From assembly GCA_043799675.1 (NCBI GenBank), contig JAZDNN010000024.1, forward strand, positions 7,418 through 71,417: 64,000 nt of DNA, written 5' to 3'. Below, in pieces: positions 24,950 to 34,604 of this stretch. This stretch comes from Candidatus Aenigmatarchaeota archaeon (GTDB lineage Archaea; Aenigmatarchaeota; Aenigmatarchaeia; Aenigmatarchaeales; JACQIB01). Within the stretch, counting starts at the first letter, position 1. The number at the start of each line of letters is the position of its first letter. Made by a program: the position numbers and the translations under genes. Under the pieces are notes generated by a model, which saw only the letters and a program-made list of their open reading frames with translations, was not told the DNA's origin and made no database searches.

Positions 24950-25945
24950 ATGCCAACCAAAAAGAAGCCTTCGAAACCCGCCAAGGAGGCCAAGCCGGTC
25001 AAGCCGGCAGGAAAGGCCGGCAAGGGCGTCAGTAAATGCCCCGAGTGCGGGACGATGCAGTTCTTCGAGGACGAATCGCGGGGTGAAAGGGTCTGCGCGC
25101 GGTGCGGACTGGTGCTTGAGGAAAGCATGGTCGATACCAGCCCCGAATGGCGTGCTTTTGACGAGGACCAGAGAGGAAAACGGACCAGGACGGGAGCACC
25201 CCTCACAAGGACCAAGCACGACATGGGAATGACCACCGAGATAGGGAGGGGCAAAGGGGAATTGTTCAGGGTCACGCCGGAGAAGAGGGCGCAATACCAC
25301 AGGCTCAAGATATGGCAGAAGAGACTGGTCGAGAGCAAGGACAGGAACCTTTCGTTCGCATTGTCGGAGCTTCAACGGCTCGTGAGCTTCCTGGGGTTGC
25401 CGAAGGGAGTGCACGAGGAAGTGGCAAAGAAGTACGAGCAGGCGGTCGACCGCGGCTTGGTCAGGGGCAGGTCGATGGAATCGGTCATTGCTTCATTATT
25501 GTACGCGGTCACCAGGGAACTGGGGACGCCAAGGACGCTCGAGGAAATTGCCGAAGCAAGCGGCGTGGAAAAGAGGGAAATCGGAAGGACCTACCGTTAC
25601 ATCGCAAGGGAACTGCATATCAGGATACTGCCGGCTCCGCCGGAAGACTATGTGCCAAGATTTGCCAGCATGCTCGGCCTTTCCGACAAGGTGCAGGCAA
25701 GGGCGATACAATTCTTGAGGAGCGCCAAGCGCGATGAGGTGACGGCAGGCAAGGGCCCTACCGGAGTGGCTGCGGCCGCCCTTTACATCGCGGCTGTGCT
25801 TGAGGGCGAGAAGAGGACGCAGAGGGAGATAGCGGATGCGATAGGCGTGACTGAAGTGACAATCCGCAACAGGTTCAAGGAGCTCGTTGAGAAGCTCGGA
25901 ATAGAGAAGGAAGTCGAGGCAAAAGTAAGGGAAATCGGCGGATGA
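24950..25945 (+). CDS. tfb: transcription initiation factor IIB (TFB) with K/P-rich N-terminal extension
   Basis: 331 aa. A zinc ribbon (CPECG...CARCG) is followed by a B-finger/linker and two cyclin-fold repeats (GRSMESVIASLLYAVTRE and GKGPTGVAAAALYIAAVLEG). The first 28 aa or so are PTKKKPSKPAKEAKPVKPAGKAGK. Confidence 0.9.
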   Translation: MPTKKKPSKPAKEAKPVKPAGKAGKGVSKCPECGTMQFFEDESRGERVCARCGLVLEESMVDTSPEWRAFDEDQRGKRTRTGAPLTRTKHDMGMTTEIGRGKGELFRVTPEKRAQYHRLKIWQKRLVESKDRNLSFALSELQRLVSFLGLPKGVHEEVAKKYEQAVDRGLVRGRSMESVIASLLYAVTRELGTPRTLEEIAEASGVEKREIGRTYRYIARELHIRILPAPPEDYVPRFASMLGLSDKVQARAIQFLRSAKRDEVTAGKGPTGVAAAALYIAAVLEGEKRTQREIADAIGVTEVTIRNRFKELVEKLGIEKEVEAKVREIGG

Positions 25946-25951
25946 AAGGAA

Positions 25952-26185
25952 ATGATTGGAATGAATCTTAACAAGGCCGCGGAAATAGAGAAATTCAGGC
26001 AGGCACTTTCGGAACGAACCAAAAGGCCCGTTGTTTACGACGCCCAGATAGACGCGTACAGGTCCGGGCCTGACGGGAGCGTCCTGAAAATAACGAGGGA
26101 TGCGCAAGGCACCGCGGGCAGGATTGAAATAGACGGGGAGACCTTCCCGTTCGAATACGATCCGCAGACCGGACGTTACACATAA
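25952..26185 (+). CDS. hypothetical protein (77 aa)
   Basis: The ORF starts 4 nt after the tfb stop. No family recognised. Confidence 0.35.
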   Translation: MIGMNLNKAAEIEKFRQALSERTKRPVVYDAQIDAYRSGPDGSVLKITRDAQGTAGRIEIDGETFPFEYDPQTGRYT

Positions 26186-26205
26186 TTTTACATATAAAAG
26201 CTTAA

Positions 26206-26538
26206 TCAGAACCGCTTCAGCTTTTCCTCGATGAATTTCAGCCTGGCATCAATCGTGTCCAGCTTGCTGAGAATCAGCTCAAGCCTGTCATTCTCGGCGT
26301 GGGCATGCCTGGGCTCTTCCTTCGGCTTCTCGCGCTCGGGCGGGGGCTCGGGATGCTTGCGGGGTATGGTGATATCGAAGCCGCCTATCTCCGGCTCGTG
26401 CCTGACCAGCGGGTCGCCCAGCTCGTCTTCCGGAACGTCCTCGGGACCGGGCAGTCTGAGTTCCCTCTTTACCCTTTCCAGCCCTCCGGGCAAGTCGTCG
26501 TCAAGGGAGCCCTTCTTCCTCTTCAGGCGTTCGAACAT
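26206..26538 (-). CDS. hypothetical protein (110 aa), last gene of a three-gene operon
   Basis: Inner ATG at 26538 shares one nucleotide with the upstream stop (TGATG). It has an acidic/proline-rich centre and a C-terminal amphipathic helix. Confidence 0.45.
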   Translation of the reverse strand: MFERLKRKKGSLDDDLPGGLERVKRELRLPGPEDVPEDELGDPLVRHEPEIGGFDITIPRKHPEPPPEREKPKEEPRHAHAENDRLELILSKLDTIDARLKFIEEKLKRF

Positions 26539-27059
26539 CAGCCTGGCCTCCTGTTGACGGATTCGCGGACATGCGCGTGGGTTATCCCGAACCTTTCGCG
26601 GAGCTCCGCATCGAAGCTGCGCACCTTCGCCTGGGAGTCGGCCAGGTACCTGCGCAGGACGGGCTTGTAGAACGTGTTGAAATACATATAGTAAAGCATG
26701 CCCGTGAACGGATTGTGCCATTCCAGCTCGGTGGTCATGGTAGGCTTCACCCTGACGACTATGTTGCCCGTCTTGGTCTTCTTGTCATACGTGCCCTGGC
26801 ATGCGACCTTTATCCAGATTGTCGTCCAGACGTCCTTCTTGTCCTTGTAGCGCCACTCGCCGTACCAGTGGACAGGGTCGCCGGTCACGTCCCATTCCAG
26901 CCGGTCGGTGAAGGTGCATGAGCTGGAGACGCGCCAGTTCCATTTTGCAATATCATTCATCTCGGCAATCACGAAAGTGGGCTTCGGGACGTTCTTGAAC
27001 TCGCCCGACCAGTCGCGGTTCGGTGCCAGCACGTCCTGCTGGAACTGTATCTTCGACAT
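26538..27059 (-). CDS. hypothetical protein (173 aa), paralog-like partner of 27061..27588
   Basis: Trp/Tyr-rich, beta-rich N-terminal part followed by a basic helical C-terminus. It is similar in size and layout to the upstream gene, with a 1-nt intergenic gap. Confidence 0.5.
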   Translation of the reverse strand: MSKIQFQQDVLAPNRDWSGEFKNVPKPTFVIAEMNDIAKWNWRVSSSCTFTDRLEWDVTGDPVHWYGEWRYKDKKDVWTTIWIKVACQGTYDKKTKTGNIVVRVKPTMTTELEWHNPFTGMLYYMYFNTFYKPVLRRYLADSQAKVRSFDAELRERFGITHAHVRESVNRRPG

Positions 27060-27060
27060 C

Positions 27061-27588
27061 TCAATCTTCCTTCCGCTCGTTCGTGATTTTCTTTACCTCG
27101 TCAACGAAGTTCGCTATCATCCGCCGCCCGTTGCGTATCCACTGCTCGCGCTTCCTCTCGTAGAACATGGAATGCCAGACCATCCTCAGCACCTCGTACA
27201 GCAGGCTCCTCTCCCAGACGGTGTCCTGCGGGTATTCGGTCCTCAGGTTTGCCTCCTTGACCGCTATCTTGACGGTGCCGTAGCCCTTGTTCTCGCTCCC
27301 GCTCAATTCCACCTCAATATAATAATAGCTGAAGTTGTCGAGGTCCTTGTCGGCCTCCCAAAGGACGCTGAACTTCTCGGTCTCCCCTTTCGTCCAGCTT
27401 ATCTTCTTCTCCTGAATCTGCCCGGTGTGCACCTTGAACGCGGTGGCCATCAGGTTCGGTATTTCCTTGTAAAGCTTCGACGGTTCCGGGCCCGTATAGG
27501 TTATCTGGACCATCGGCCGCGGGCGCAGCAGATCGTCCTGAAGCATCAGTTTGGTCCGCGCAATTGTCATCAGCAAACCTCCGTGCAA
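27061..27588 (-). CDS. hypothetical protein (175 aa)
   Basis: First gene of the minus-strand operon, divergent from 27751..31559. No family recognised. Confidence 0.5.
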   Translation of the reverse strand: MHGGLLMTIARTKLMLQDDLLRPRPMVQITYTGPEPSKLYKEIPNLMATAFKVHTGQIQEKKISWTKGETEKFSVLWEADKDLDNFSYYYIEVELSGSENKGYGTVKIAVKEANLRTEYPQDTVWERSLLYEVLRMVWHSMFYERKREQWIRNGRRMIANFVDEVKKITNERKED

Positions 27589-27750
27589 TTGTCATGTTTG
27601 CGGGACTGCAAGCATGCCTGCTTGCGTCCAGGAACGAAGTTCCTTGATGCCGAAACATTGAGGATGTTTCTCATACGGAGAGATTGCTTAGTCGGAATAT
27701 AAGTATTCGCATGAGGGTAACGCTTTAAGTATCGGCTGCCATCTTATGGC

Positions 27751-28014
27751 ATGTCCTCTCTTTTCGAGCGGATGGAAACCAACATGCAGACCGGACGGGT
27801 GTTCCTGGTGTTCGTTGCGATCGTCCTGTTCGCATGGGGACTGGCCAGCATAAGCCTCAAAATCCTGGGGGTCGCGGTCGCGACGCTCGGGTTCGCATTC
27901 CTGATATGGTTCCCGGGAAGAATCGAGCACCAGAGGAAGCTCTACACAAACGCGATAATAAAACTGGGAGTGCTCTTGGTGGCTGCCGGGCTGCTGATGC
28001 TGATATTCGGGTGA
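27751..28014 (+). CDS. small membrane protein (87 aa)
   Basis: Three hydrophobic helices. Its stop abuts the ATG of the 604-aa gene. Confidence 0.45.
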   Translation: MSSLFERMETNMQTGRVFLVFVAIVLFAWGLASISLKILGVAVATLGFAFLIWFPGRIEHQRKLYTNAIIKLGVLLVAAGLLMLIFG

Positions 28015-29829
28015 ATGAATGACAAGCAAAAACCGGGGAATGATGGGATGAGCGACGGAGAAAAACCGTTCTTTCCGCTGCTTGCGTCAGGCACGAAAGG
28101 CAAGTTTGAGACGCCGATGAAGGCCGACCTCAGCAACCAGGACAAGCCGGGAATAATCACAAGTGCCGGCAACAGTCCCTGGTCGAGCAGGCTGTTGTGG
28201 GCCGGCGAAACACTGCCGCCAAGGAGGGAGATCGGAGGCAACCAGTTCATAGCCCTGGACTACACAGGGCCGCCAGGCGAGGGAAGCGGGATCTACTACA
28301 GCCTCATGTTCCAGATGCTCAAGTGGAGATGGAACATCGTGAAGGTGGACGAGAGCATAGAGGTCAGCCCGACCCACCGCGAATACTACGAAAGGACCAT
28401 AGCCACGAAGGGGGCGCTGGAAGGGACCATCAAGGAGGGATTGCGCAGCGCGGCCCAGGCGGTGGCGGATTACGAACTCATACTGCACGACATCCGAAAA
28501 TACAAGGAGATAATGGACTACTTCGAGGCGGTCGCAAAAGCCAGGCAGACCAAGGACAAGGAGGAAAGGAAGAAGAAGGTCGCTTCGGCGGAGCATGTGC
28601 TGAAAGCAATGTACGCGGATCAGGTGGACATCCACACCGGAAACAGCAGCATCGTCCAGATGGCGCAGACGCGGTGGCCGACCATCCTTTCGGACTTCAT
28701 GCGGCTGACCGAAGACATGGACACCATGGACAGGATAAAAGGGGACCTGAAAATCAGCGGCGCGGAAGCTTTGGTGCTCAAGACCAAGAACGACCTGTTC
28801 AGGGAGTGGCTGAAAATATTCGGCCGGGCCGTCCAGGAAAGGTACGAAAGGCTGACCGGGATAACGATCGCAAGGAAGCGGTGCGTCGAGGAGTACAGGG
28901 AATGGATCAAGCCTTACGTTACCAGGTTCAAGGCGATGAAGACCGGGTCGAACCGGGAGGCGTTCAAGTCGTTCATCGACATAACCGGCCAGGCGCTGTA
29001 CAGCAACGAGATAAAGCTGTGGGCGTGGCAGCCGTACAGGGCGGTCGAGATACACAAGGCGCCGATGGTAAAATCGGGCGACTTCACTGTCGAACCCGCG
29101 GACCCGTGGACGGTTGAGCACTACATAAAATCGCAGGTCACCGGTCTCGCCCACAAGGATTATTATCCGTGGCTGCTGCAGGAGGAATCCCCGACGTTCA
29201 AGAAGGCGTCGGATTATCCGTGGCTCGCCGGATTCAGCACCGAAAAGAAGGTGACCATGGCCGACAACATGATAGCCAGGATACGGAACAACTGGAAGAA
29301 GGGGGAGATACCGTGCACGGACCCCAACGACAACTACTACCTCTTCATCACCATGGACATCGACCGGGCGGGGAGCCGGCTGCCCGTAGGAGAGCTTGAG
29401 GACATATTGTTCGACATGCGCATGCACGTCATCTCGCACAACGCGCTGCTGATAAAGATGGTGGAGCTCGACTGCCGGGAAAAGGAGATTGACAGGTACA
29501 TAGAGGAAATACTGGGCATCAAGAAGGACGACAAGAGCATAGAAGAGCTCGTCAAGAAGGAGTTCCCGGACCTGTTCGGGGTACAAAAACCGAAGGAACC
29601 GACTCAGTTCGAACTGTTCAAGAAGGAATGGAGCGACACCATAAACGGTTTCATGGCGCCGTTCAAGAGCGCGAACAAGACGCTCACGAAATCACGCCCG
29701 TGGCTGGTCAAGACCGGCCCGTACGAGACCGACTGGGACGAAAGGATAACCAAGCACTACCTCATCCCGTCCGGGCAGGTGTTCGGCATGGTCACCGGAT
29801 ACCTTATGTCGAAGATGGGCATCGAATAA
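28015..29829 (+). CDS. large hypothetical protein (604 aa)
   Basis: Long ORF with protein-like composition, while its 499-aa antisense ORF is Arg/Pro/Val-rich shadow. No motif recognised. Confidence 0.55.
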   Translation: MNDKQKPGNDGMSDGEKPFFPLLASGTKGKFETPMKADLSNQDKPGIITSAGNSPWSSRLLWAGETLPPRREIGGNQFIALDYTGPPGEGSGIYYSLMFQMLKWRWNIVKVDESIEVSPTHREYYERTIATKGALEGTIKEGLRSAAQAVADYELILHDIRKYKEIMDYFEAVAKARQTKDKEERKKKVASAEHVLKAMYADQVDIHTGNSSIVQMAQTRWPTILSDFMRLTEDMDTMDRIKGDLKISGAEALVLKTKNDLFREWLKIFGRAVQERYERLTGITIARKRCVEEYREWIKPYVTRFKAMKTGSNREAFKSFIDITGQALYSNEIKLWAWQPYRAVEIHKAPMVKSGDFTVEPADPWTVEHYIKSQVTGLAHKDYYPWLLQEESPTFKKASDYPWLAGFSTEKKVTMADNMIARIRNNWKKGEIPCTDPNDNYYLFITMDIDRAGSRLPVGELEDILFDMRMHVISHNALLIKMVELDCREKEIDRYIEEILGIKKDDKSIEELVKKEFPDLFGVQKPKEPTQFELFKKEWSDTINGFMAPFKSANKTLTKSRPWLVKTGPYETDWDERITKHYLIPSGQVFGMVTGYLMSKMGIE

Positions 29830-29927
29830 CCTTTTGCTCGCTGCTTACCGCAGCTCCAAAAGGTTAATCAAAACATTTACTGAGCCTGTTTCATAAAAGC
29901 TAAATACCAGACAGACGAACCCATGTC

Positions 29928-31559
29928 ATGGCTTATGTTTTGGGCGTGAGCACGGGAACCTTCGGGATAGCCCGGTCCGCCGACCCGGAGACCAGGCACG
30001 AATACATCGGAATCCCGAAGAAGGCGCTCTGGAGCATCACCAAGGGGGTGAACTTCGCCCAGGTGGACATGGAGAGCGTGTCCGAGTTCATCGAGCCGGA
30101 CCTTGAGAAGCAGATAGCCGCGCTTGAGAGGATAGGCATCGACGTCGGCATACACGGGGAGGCGAAGGAATACACGAGCGTGATGCCGTACCTGGACAGC
30201 GCCCTGTTCGAAGAGTGGCACCGGAGCCATGACAGGCTGATAAAGTCCCTCACCGGCGCCGGAAAGGACATCCATGCGAAATACTTTTTGCTTCACAGCT
30301 CGGCGAGCACCAGCTGGCAGACGCTCTGGCACGAGTTCCAGCCTACTAATCTGGCCGACATCTGGGGGCGCAGGCTGGACAAGTTCCTTGAGGACAATCC
30401 GGACGTGCAGGAATGGGCGATATCCTCGGAAAGGGTGATGGAGGTCGCCGGCCACCGGACAACCATCATGCCGAAAATTGAGGACCAGAAGAAGGAAGCG
30501 TTCGAGAACTACGTGGAAAGATGGAAACAAGGGCACGAGGGGAAGGAGCTCAGCTCCGATGAGCTTTCAAAAATGAAGAAGGAAGCGGAAGAGGCGACGG
30601 TGGAACAGTTCAAGCGGATACTGGAAAAATTTGTCACCACCTCCGAGCAGACCTACGGAAGCGAAAGGGTGGCCTACTATTGCATCGGGTACTGGATGCA
30701 GGAAGGAAGGAGATGCCCGGTACAGCTGAGGGAAATCTGGAAGAGCATCTGCGGAAGGGGAAATGTATCAGATCATAAATGGGCGGAGGCGGCGGGAGGG
30801 AACAACTGGGTCCCGGCGGTGACTTGCGCTTATACCTGGGGTCACTTCAACCCGGACAAGTGCCCGTCATGGCCGAGCGACCTGAAGAGGCCGGAAGACC
30901 CGAAGCCCATCCTCGAAAAATACAACCTGCTGTTCGTACTTGAAACCCCGGTCGCGGGGGCGGGCGAGGAGGAGCTGCTGAGGCTTGCCAAGCCCACTCA
31001 CATCTACGCACTGGTCAAGAATATGGGCTCGCCGAATGTCGGGGTGGCGTGGGACTCTGAACACCAGCTCTGCGGGGGGATAGACCCGATGAAGGAGGCG
31101 GACAGCCTGCCCGACGGGGCGGGAAAGATGGTAAGGGTGATACACGTCGGGTATCCGGCGGTCCTTGGGCCGGCGCACGTCCCGATACCGCTGGGGAGCG
31201 AGGCGCAGGAATACATCTACAGGATGCTGTGGAAGCTCCGCAAGAAGGGTTTCAAGGACGGGTGGATAATATTCGAACGGGGCGCCGGGCAGGAACCTGT
31301 CAAAGAAAGCGTTATCTCCCTGAGAAAGATAATCGAGTTCCTGGACAAGGAAATCGTTCCTGAAAAGCTGCCTGACGAATTCTACGGGATGGAGAAGGGC
31401 GGGGTGAGGCTGACCAGGCAGGAAGTGGCCATAAAGGACCACGCGATGGACCCGCTGAAAGGGCTGCTGGTGATACCGGAGGAGGAATACGGGTTCCTTT
31501 CAACCGCAGCGGCGGCCAAGGGCAAACTTGAGGAATGGAAGAAGGCCGAGCTGAAGTGA
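29928..31559 (+). CDS. hypothetical protein, possibly xylose-isomerase-like TIM-barrel with a large insertion
   Basis: 543 aa. Spaced motifs GIHGEA, FLLHSS, FVLETP, AWDSEH and VIHVGY resemble the metal-binding strands of AP-endonuclease-2/sugar-phosphate-isomerase barrels. The match is weak and by eye. Confidence 0.45.
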   Translation: MAYVLGVSTGTFGIARSADPETRHEYIGIPKKALWSITKGVNFAQVDMESVSEFIEPDLEKQIAALERIGIDVGIHGEAKEYTSVMPYLDSALFEEWHRSHDRLIKSLTGAGKDIHAKYFLLHSSASTSWQTLWHEFQPTNLADIWGRRLDKFLEDNPDVQEWAISSERVMEVAGHRTTIMPKIEDQKKEAFENYVERWKQGHEGKELSSDELSKMKKEAEEATVEQFKRILEKFVTTSEQTYGSERVAYYCIGYWMQEGRRCPVQLREIWKSICGRGNVSDHKWAEAAGGNNWVPAVTCAYTWGHFNPDKCPSWPSDLKRPEDPKPILEKYNLLFVLETPVAGAGEEELLRLAKPTHIYALVKNMGSPNVGVAWDSEHQLCGGIDPMKEADSLPDGAGKMVRVIHVGYPAVLGPAHVPIPLGSEAQEYIYRMLWKLRKKGFKDGWIIFERGAGQEPVKESVISLRKIIEFLDKEIVPEKLPDEFYGMEKGGVRLTRQEVAIKDHAMDPLKGLLVIPEEEYGFLSTAAAAKGKLEEWKKAELK

Positions 31560-31571
31560 TCCGCGCTCTAT

Positions 31572-32024
31572 CTATGTGAAGAGACTAATGATATCAACGA
31601 GCTGGATCGCCCACCAGAAAAACAGTCCCGTATTTATCAACGCACCGATGCCGCAGACAGCCACGTCCCTTTTCGAAAAGACGTTGAGATTATTACTTGC
31701 CTTGGTAACGGCGCTGTAGCCCAGGATGGCACCCAGCCCCCAACATACGGGCGGGAAGATGAACAGGCCGATGATGGCAAGGAACCATGCGGCAGATGAT
31801 GTTCCCAGCACGCCATTTCTCATCGCGGGAGACGGCTTCTGCGGCGCATTAGTGGCAGCAGGAGCCGCCTGAGCCTGCGCCTTCGACGTCCCGAACACCT
31901 TGTCAGCGTCGCCCTTGCAATAAAGTTTGCCCCCGATCTCTACCGAGCATTTCTTGCAGATTCCTTCTCCGCATTCGCGGCAGACGCCGACGGCATTGAC
32001 CTTGGGATGCTTGTAACACTTCAT
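31572..32024 (-). CDS. membrane protein with N-terminal B-box-like zinc ribbon
   Basis: ATG at 32024 (MKCYKHP..). It has CYKHP...CRECGEGICKKC...LYC, then an A/Q/P linker and two TM helices. Confidence 0.5.
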   Translation of the reverse strand: MKCYKHPKVNAVGVCRECGEGICKKCSVEIGGKLYCKGDADKVFGTSKAQAQAAPAATNAPQKPSPAMRNGVLGTSSAAWFLAIIGLFIFPPVCWGLGAILGYSAVTKASNNLNVFSKRDVAVCGIGALINTGLFFWWAIQLVDIISLFT

Positions 32025-32092
32025 GTTGCCACACACTTAATGGCGAAAGCCCGCTTAAATATCTTATTTTACATTCACACCCGCAATAATCT

Positions 32093-33013
32093 TCACTTTT
32101 GTGCCGTAAGGTTCAGGCAGATTCCTTTCATGCCGTATTCCGTGCTCTTTATTTCGTTACAGAGAGCTGTGTCCCTGTTTTCGATTGCGTACCATTGGAT
32201 GCACAGGTCCTGCTGGATATCGATATTCTCCATGGCGCAGGAAATGTCGCATGTGATTTTCCGGCATTGCGTCCAATCCCTGGTCGCCTTGGCCTTGCAA
32301 AAGCCCTTGGTCTTCGGCATGCCGGTAAGGTCGCATACGGAAACATCCCCCGTGGCGAGCGCATAGGCCCTGATGCAATCCTCCTCGCCAAACGTGGTCG
32401 AGTTGAACAGTTGGTATACCAGATTGCAGGCGCCTGGGTTCCTGAATTCGGCTGCAATCTTTGCCACGCATCCGGCAATCTTGCCTTCGCGCGACCATCC
32501 GTTCACATCAACAACCGGCTCGGCCATCAGGCGGCTGCAATTGCTCCTGACCGCCTGCTCGAGCTTTGCCTTCTCCAACATCGTGTCGAGTATGGAAATG
32601 CTGGTCCTCGCAACCACGGTCCCGCTGCCGCCCCTTATTGTAAGAAGCTCGACCGTGTATTTTCCCGGCCCAAGGTCGCGATAATATTTGTTTGCTTCCA
32701 CCCAATCGACCGCCTTTGCAGTGAACGTTTCATACACCGGCATGGTCACAAATCCGTTCGCATCGATGACCCTGAACCCGTAGGTTGTCCCTTCAGGAAG
32801 CCCTTTTTGCTGGAGAAAGAACCATTCGCCCGTTCCGAGGGATGTCACCGCATTATGGTCGTTGTTCAGGACGAACACCCCGACGCCGGGTGAGATGCCA
32901 TCGGAAACGGTCAGGTTCAATCCCGGCGGTAGCGTGGCGGGTATCATGCCGTTGAGGATGAACAACGCCAGAGGTATGAAAACAACGCACAGAAGCAGAT
33001 ACTTCTTTTTCAC
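32093..33013 (-). CDS. secreted hypothetical protein with Cys-rich C-terminal half
   Basis: 306 aa. The signal/anchor is MKKKYLLLCVVFIPLALFIL. An Ig-like N-terminal part is followed by more than 12 Cys. Confidence 0.5.
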   Translation of the reverse strand: MKKKYLLLCVVFIPLALFILNGMIPATLPPGLNLTVSDGISPGVGVFVLNNDHNAVTSLGTGEWFFLQQKGLPEGTTYGFRVIDANGFVTMPVYETFTAKAVDWVEANKYYRDLGPGKYTVELLTIRGGSGTVVARTSISILDTMLEKAKLEQAVRSNCSRLMAEPVVDVNGWSREGKIAGCVAKIAAEFRNPGACNLVYQLFNSTTFGEEDCIRAYALATGDVSVCDLTGMPKTKGFCKAKATRDWTQCRKITCDISCAMENIDIQQDLCIQWYAIENRDTALCNEIKSTEYGMKGICLNLTAQK

Positions 33014-33122
33014 ATGCCTGATTTACAGATGCCGGCTTAAAAATGCGGCCACCGCTAAAGCGTGTGATAAAGCAGGACCGATGTAAAAGCCATTTAAAAG
33101 GATAGCTGCCATATTTGGTTCG

Positions 33123-34604
33123 ATGAGCAGACCAAAAAAGAAAACGGTGAAAAAGCAGAAAACGATGCTCCCCAACGTGCCGGCCGAGCTGGCGGAAAAG
33201 GCGAACATAGGATTCAGTGATATGGGCAGCGAAGCTGCCAAGGACGGCATTGCCGCCAAGGGCGGACATGCCATGAAGGGCAAGCAGCCGGTCGGGCAGA
33301 AGCTCAGGAAGTTCTCGCTGGAGACGAGGCTGAAAAGCTCGAACGAGTTCACGGACAAGGTCGTCAAGACGTTCAAGGACTACATCAAATCCGTGGTGGT
33401 TTGGGGTTCAATAACGAGAGGGGACTTCACCGGCAAGAGCGACGTCGATTTGTACGTGATATTTGATGATACCAAAATGCCGCTGAAAAAGTTTGATGAA
33501 CTGAGGGAGAAGATAGACAAGGACCTGTACAAGATGGCTTCCGATACCGACCCGAGGCTGCACGTACAGCCTGTGCTTGCCCTTACCGAGTTCTGGGACG
33601 GAATAAGAACCTGCCATCCCCTGTTCTACAACATCGTCAGGGAAGGGTATGCACTTCATGATACCGGATTCTTCATCCCGATGAGGAAACTGCTTGAGTG
33701 GGGCAAGTTCCCCGCGACCATGGAAGCGGCCGAAATCAGGATGGAAGGGGTGCCGAAGAGGATAAGCAGAGTCCAATCGGTCAAGCTGTACATGATTGCC
33801 GAGGACCTGTACTATGCAATCACCGATGCCGCGCAGAGCGTGCTGATGTACGTCGGGGTCGGGCCGCCGGCACCGAAGGTCCTGGCGAAGGAAGTGAGGA
33901 AGCACCTGGTCGAGACCAAGCTGCTGGAAGAGGAATGGGCGAAGCTGATTGAGGATGTCATGAGCTTCAGGAAGGCGGTGGAGCACAAGGAAATCAAGGA
34001 AATCACCGGGCAGGAGCTGGACAATTGGATAGCAAGGACGGACAAGTACGTCAAGAGGATGGGGGGGCTGCTGGACAACCTGGAGATCGAAAGAAAGGCA
34101 TATGACATCAAGAAGAATTACGAGGTCATGATAAAGGCGAGCGTGGCGGCATTGAAGGCAATCAACAAGCTACCGCCTGAGCCGGAAAAGCTGCCCGCAG
34201 CGTTCAAGAAATACCTGATCGAACCCGGGCTGGTGGCTCCATGGTATTCGGAGGTTTTCGGAAAGGTCATCGAGATGCGGAAGATGCTCGAGGACAAGAA
34301 GATGACGGACATCCCCGAAAGGGACGTCTACATGAGCAAGGAGTACGTGAGACGTTTCATCATGGACGTCAGGCGGGTGGTGGAGAGCAAACGACCCGAG
34401 CAAAAGCAGATGGAGATACCTTCAGAGCCGATTGACAAGATGTCCGAGGCCGGCGCAATGATCAACACGGCCAGGGAAATCGGCATGCAGCAGGAGGCGG
34501 TCGCGGGCATGAAACTTCCTTCTTCCGCCGACAGCAAGGTCAGGAAGATAGCGGAAAAGATTGAGAAAGGCAAGAAGGAAGCGCACAAGAAGCGCGGGGA
34601 GTGA
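33123..34604 (+). CDS. nucleotidyltransferase-domain protein
   Basis: 493 aa. A K-rich N-terminus is followed by a minimal NTase motif (VVWGSITRGDFTGKSDVDLYVIFDD) and long helical regions. Confidence 0.6.
   Translation: MSRPKKKTVKKQKTMLPNVPAELAEKANIGFSDMGSEAAKDGIAAKGGHAMKGKQPVGQKLRKFSLETRLKSSNEFTDKVVKTFKDYIKSVVVWGSITRGDFTGKSDVDLYVIFDDTKMPLKKFDELREKIDKDLYKMASDTDPRLHVQPVLALTEFWDGIRTCHPLFYNIVREGYALHDTGFFIPMRKLLEWGKFPATMEAAEIRMEGVPKRISRVQSVKLYMIAEDLYYAITDAAQSVLMYVGVGPPAPKVLAKEVRKHLVETKLLEEEWAKLIEDVMSFRKAVEHKEIKEITGQELDNWIARTDKYVKRMGGLLDNLEIERKAYDIKKNYEVMIKASVAALKAINKLPPEPEKLPAAFKKYLIEPGLVAPWYSEVFGKVIEMRKMLEDKKMTDIPERDVYMSKEYVRRFIMDVRRVVESKRPEQKQMEIPSEPIDKMSEAGAMINTAREIGMQQEAVAGMKLPSSADSKVRKIAEKIEKGKKEAHKKRGE

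Noticed and set aside
28087-29586. 499-aa minus-strand ORF
   Set aside because: It is antisense to the 604-aa gene. It has an Arg/Pro/Val/His-rich low-information composition with no start context, which marks it as a typical shadow ORF.
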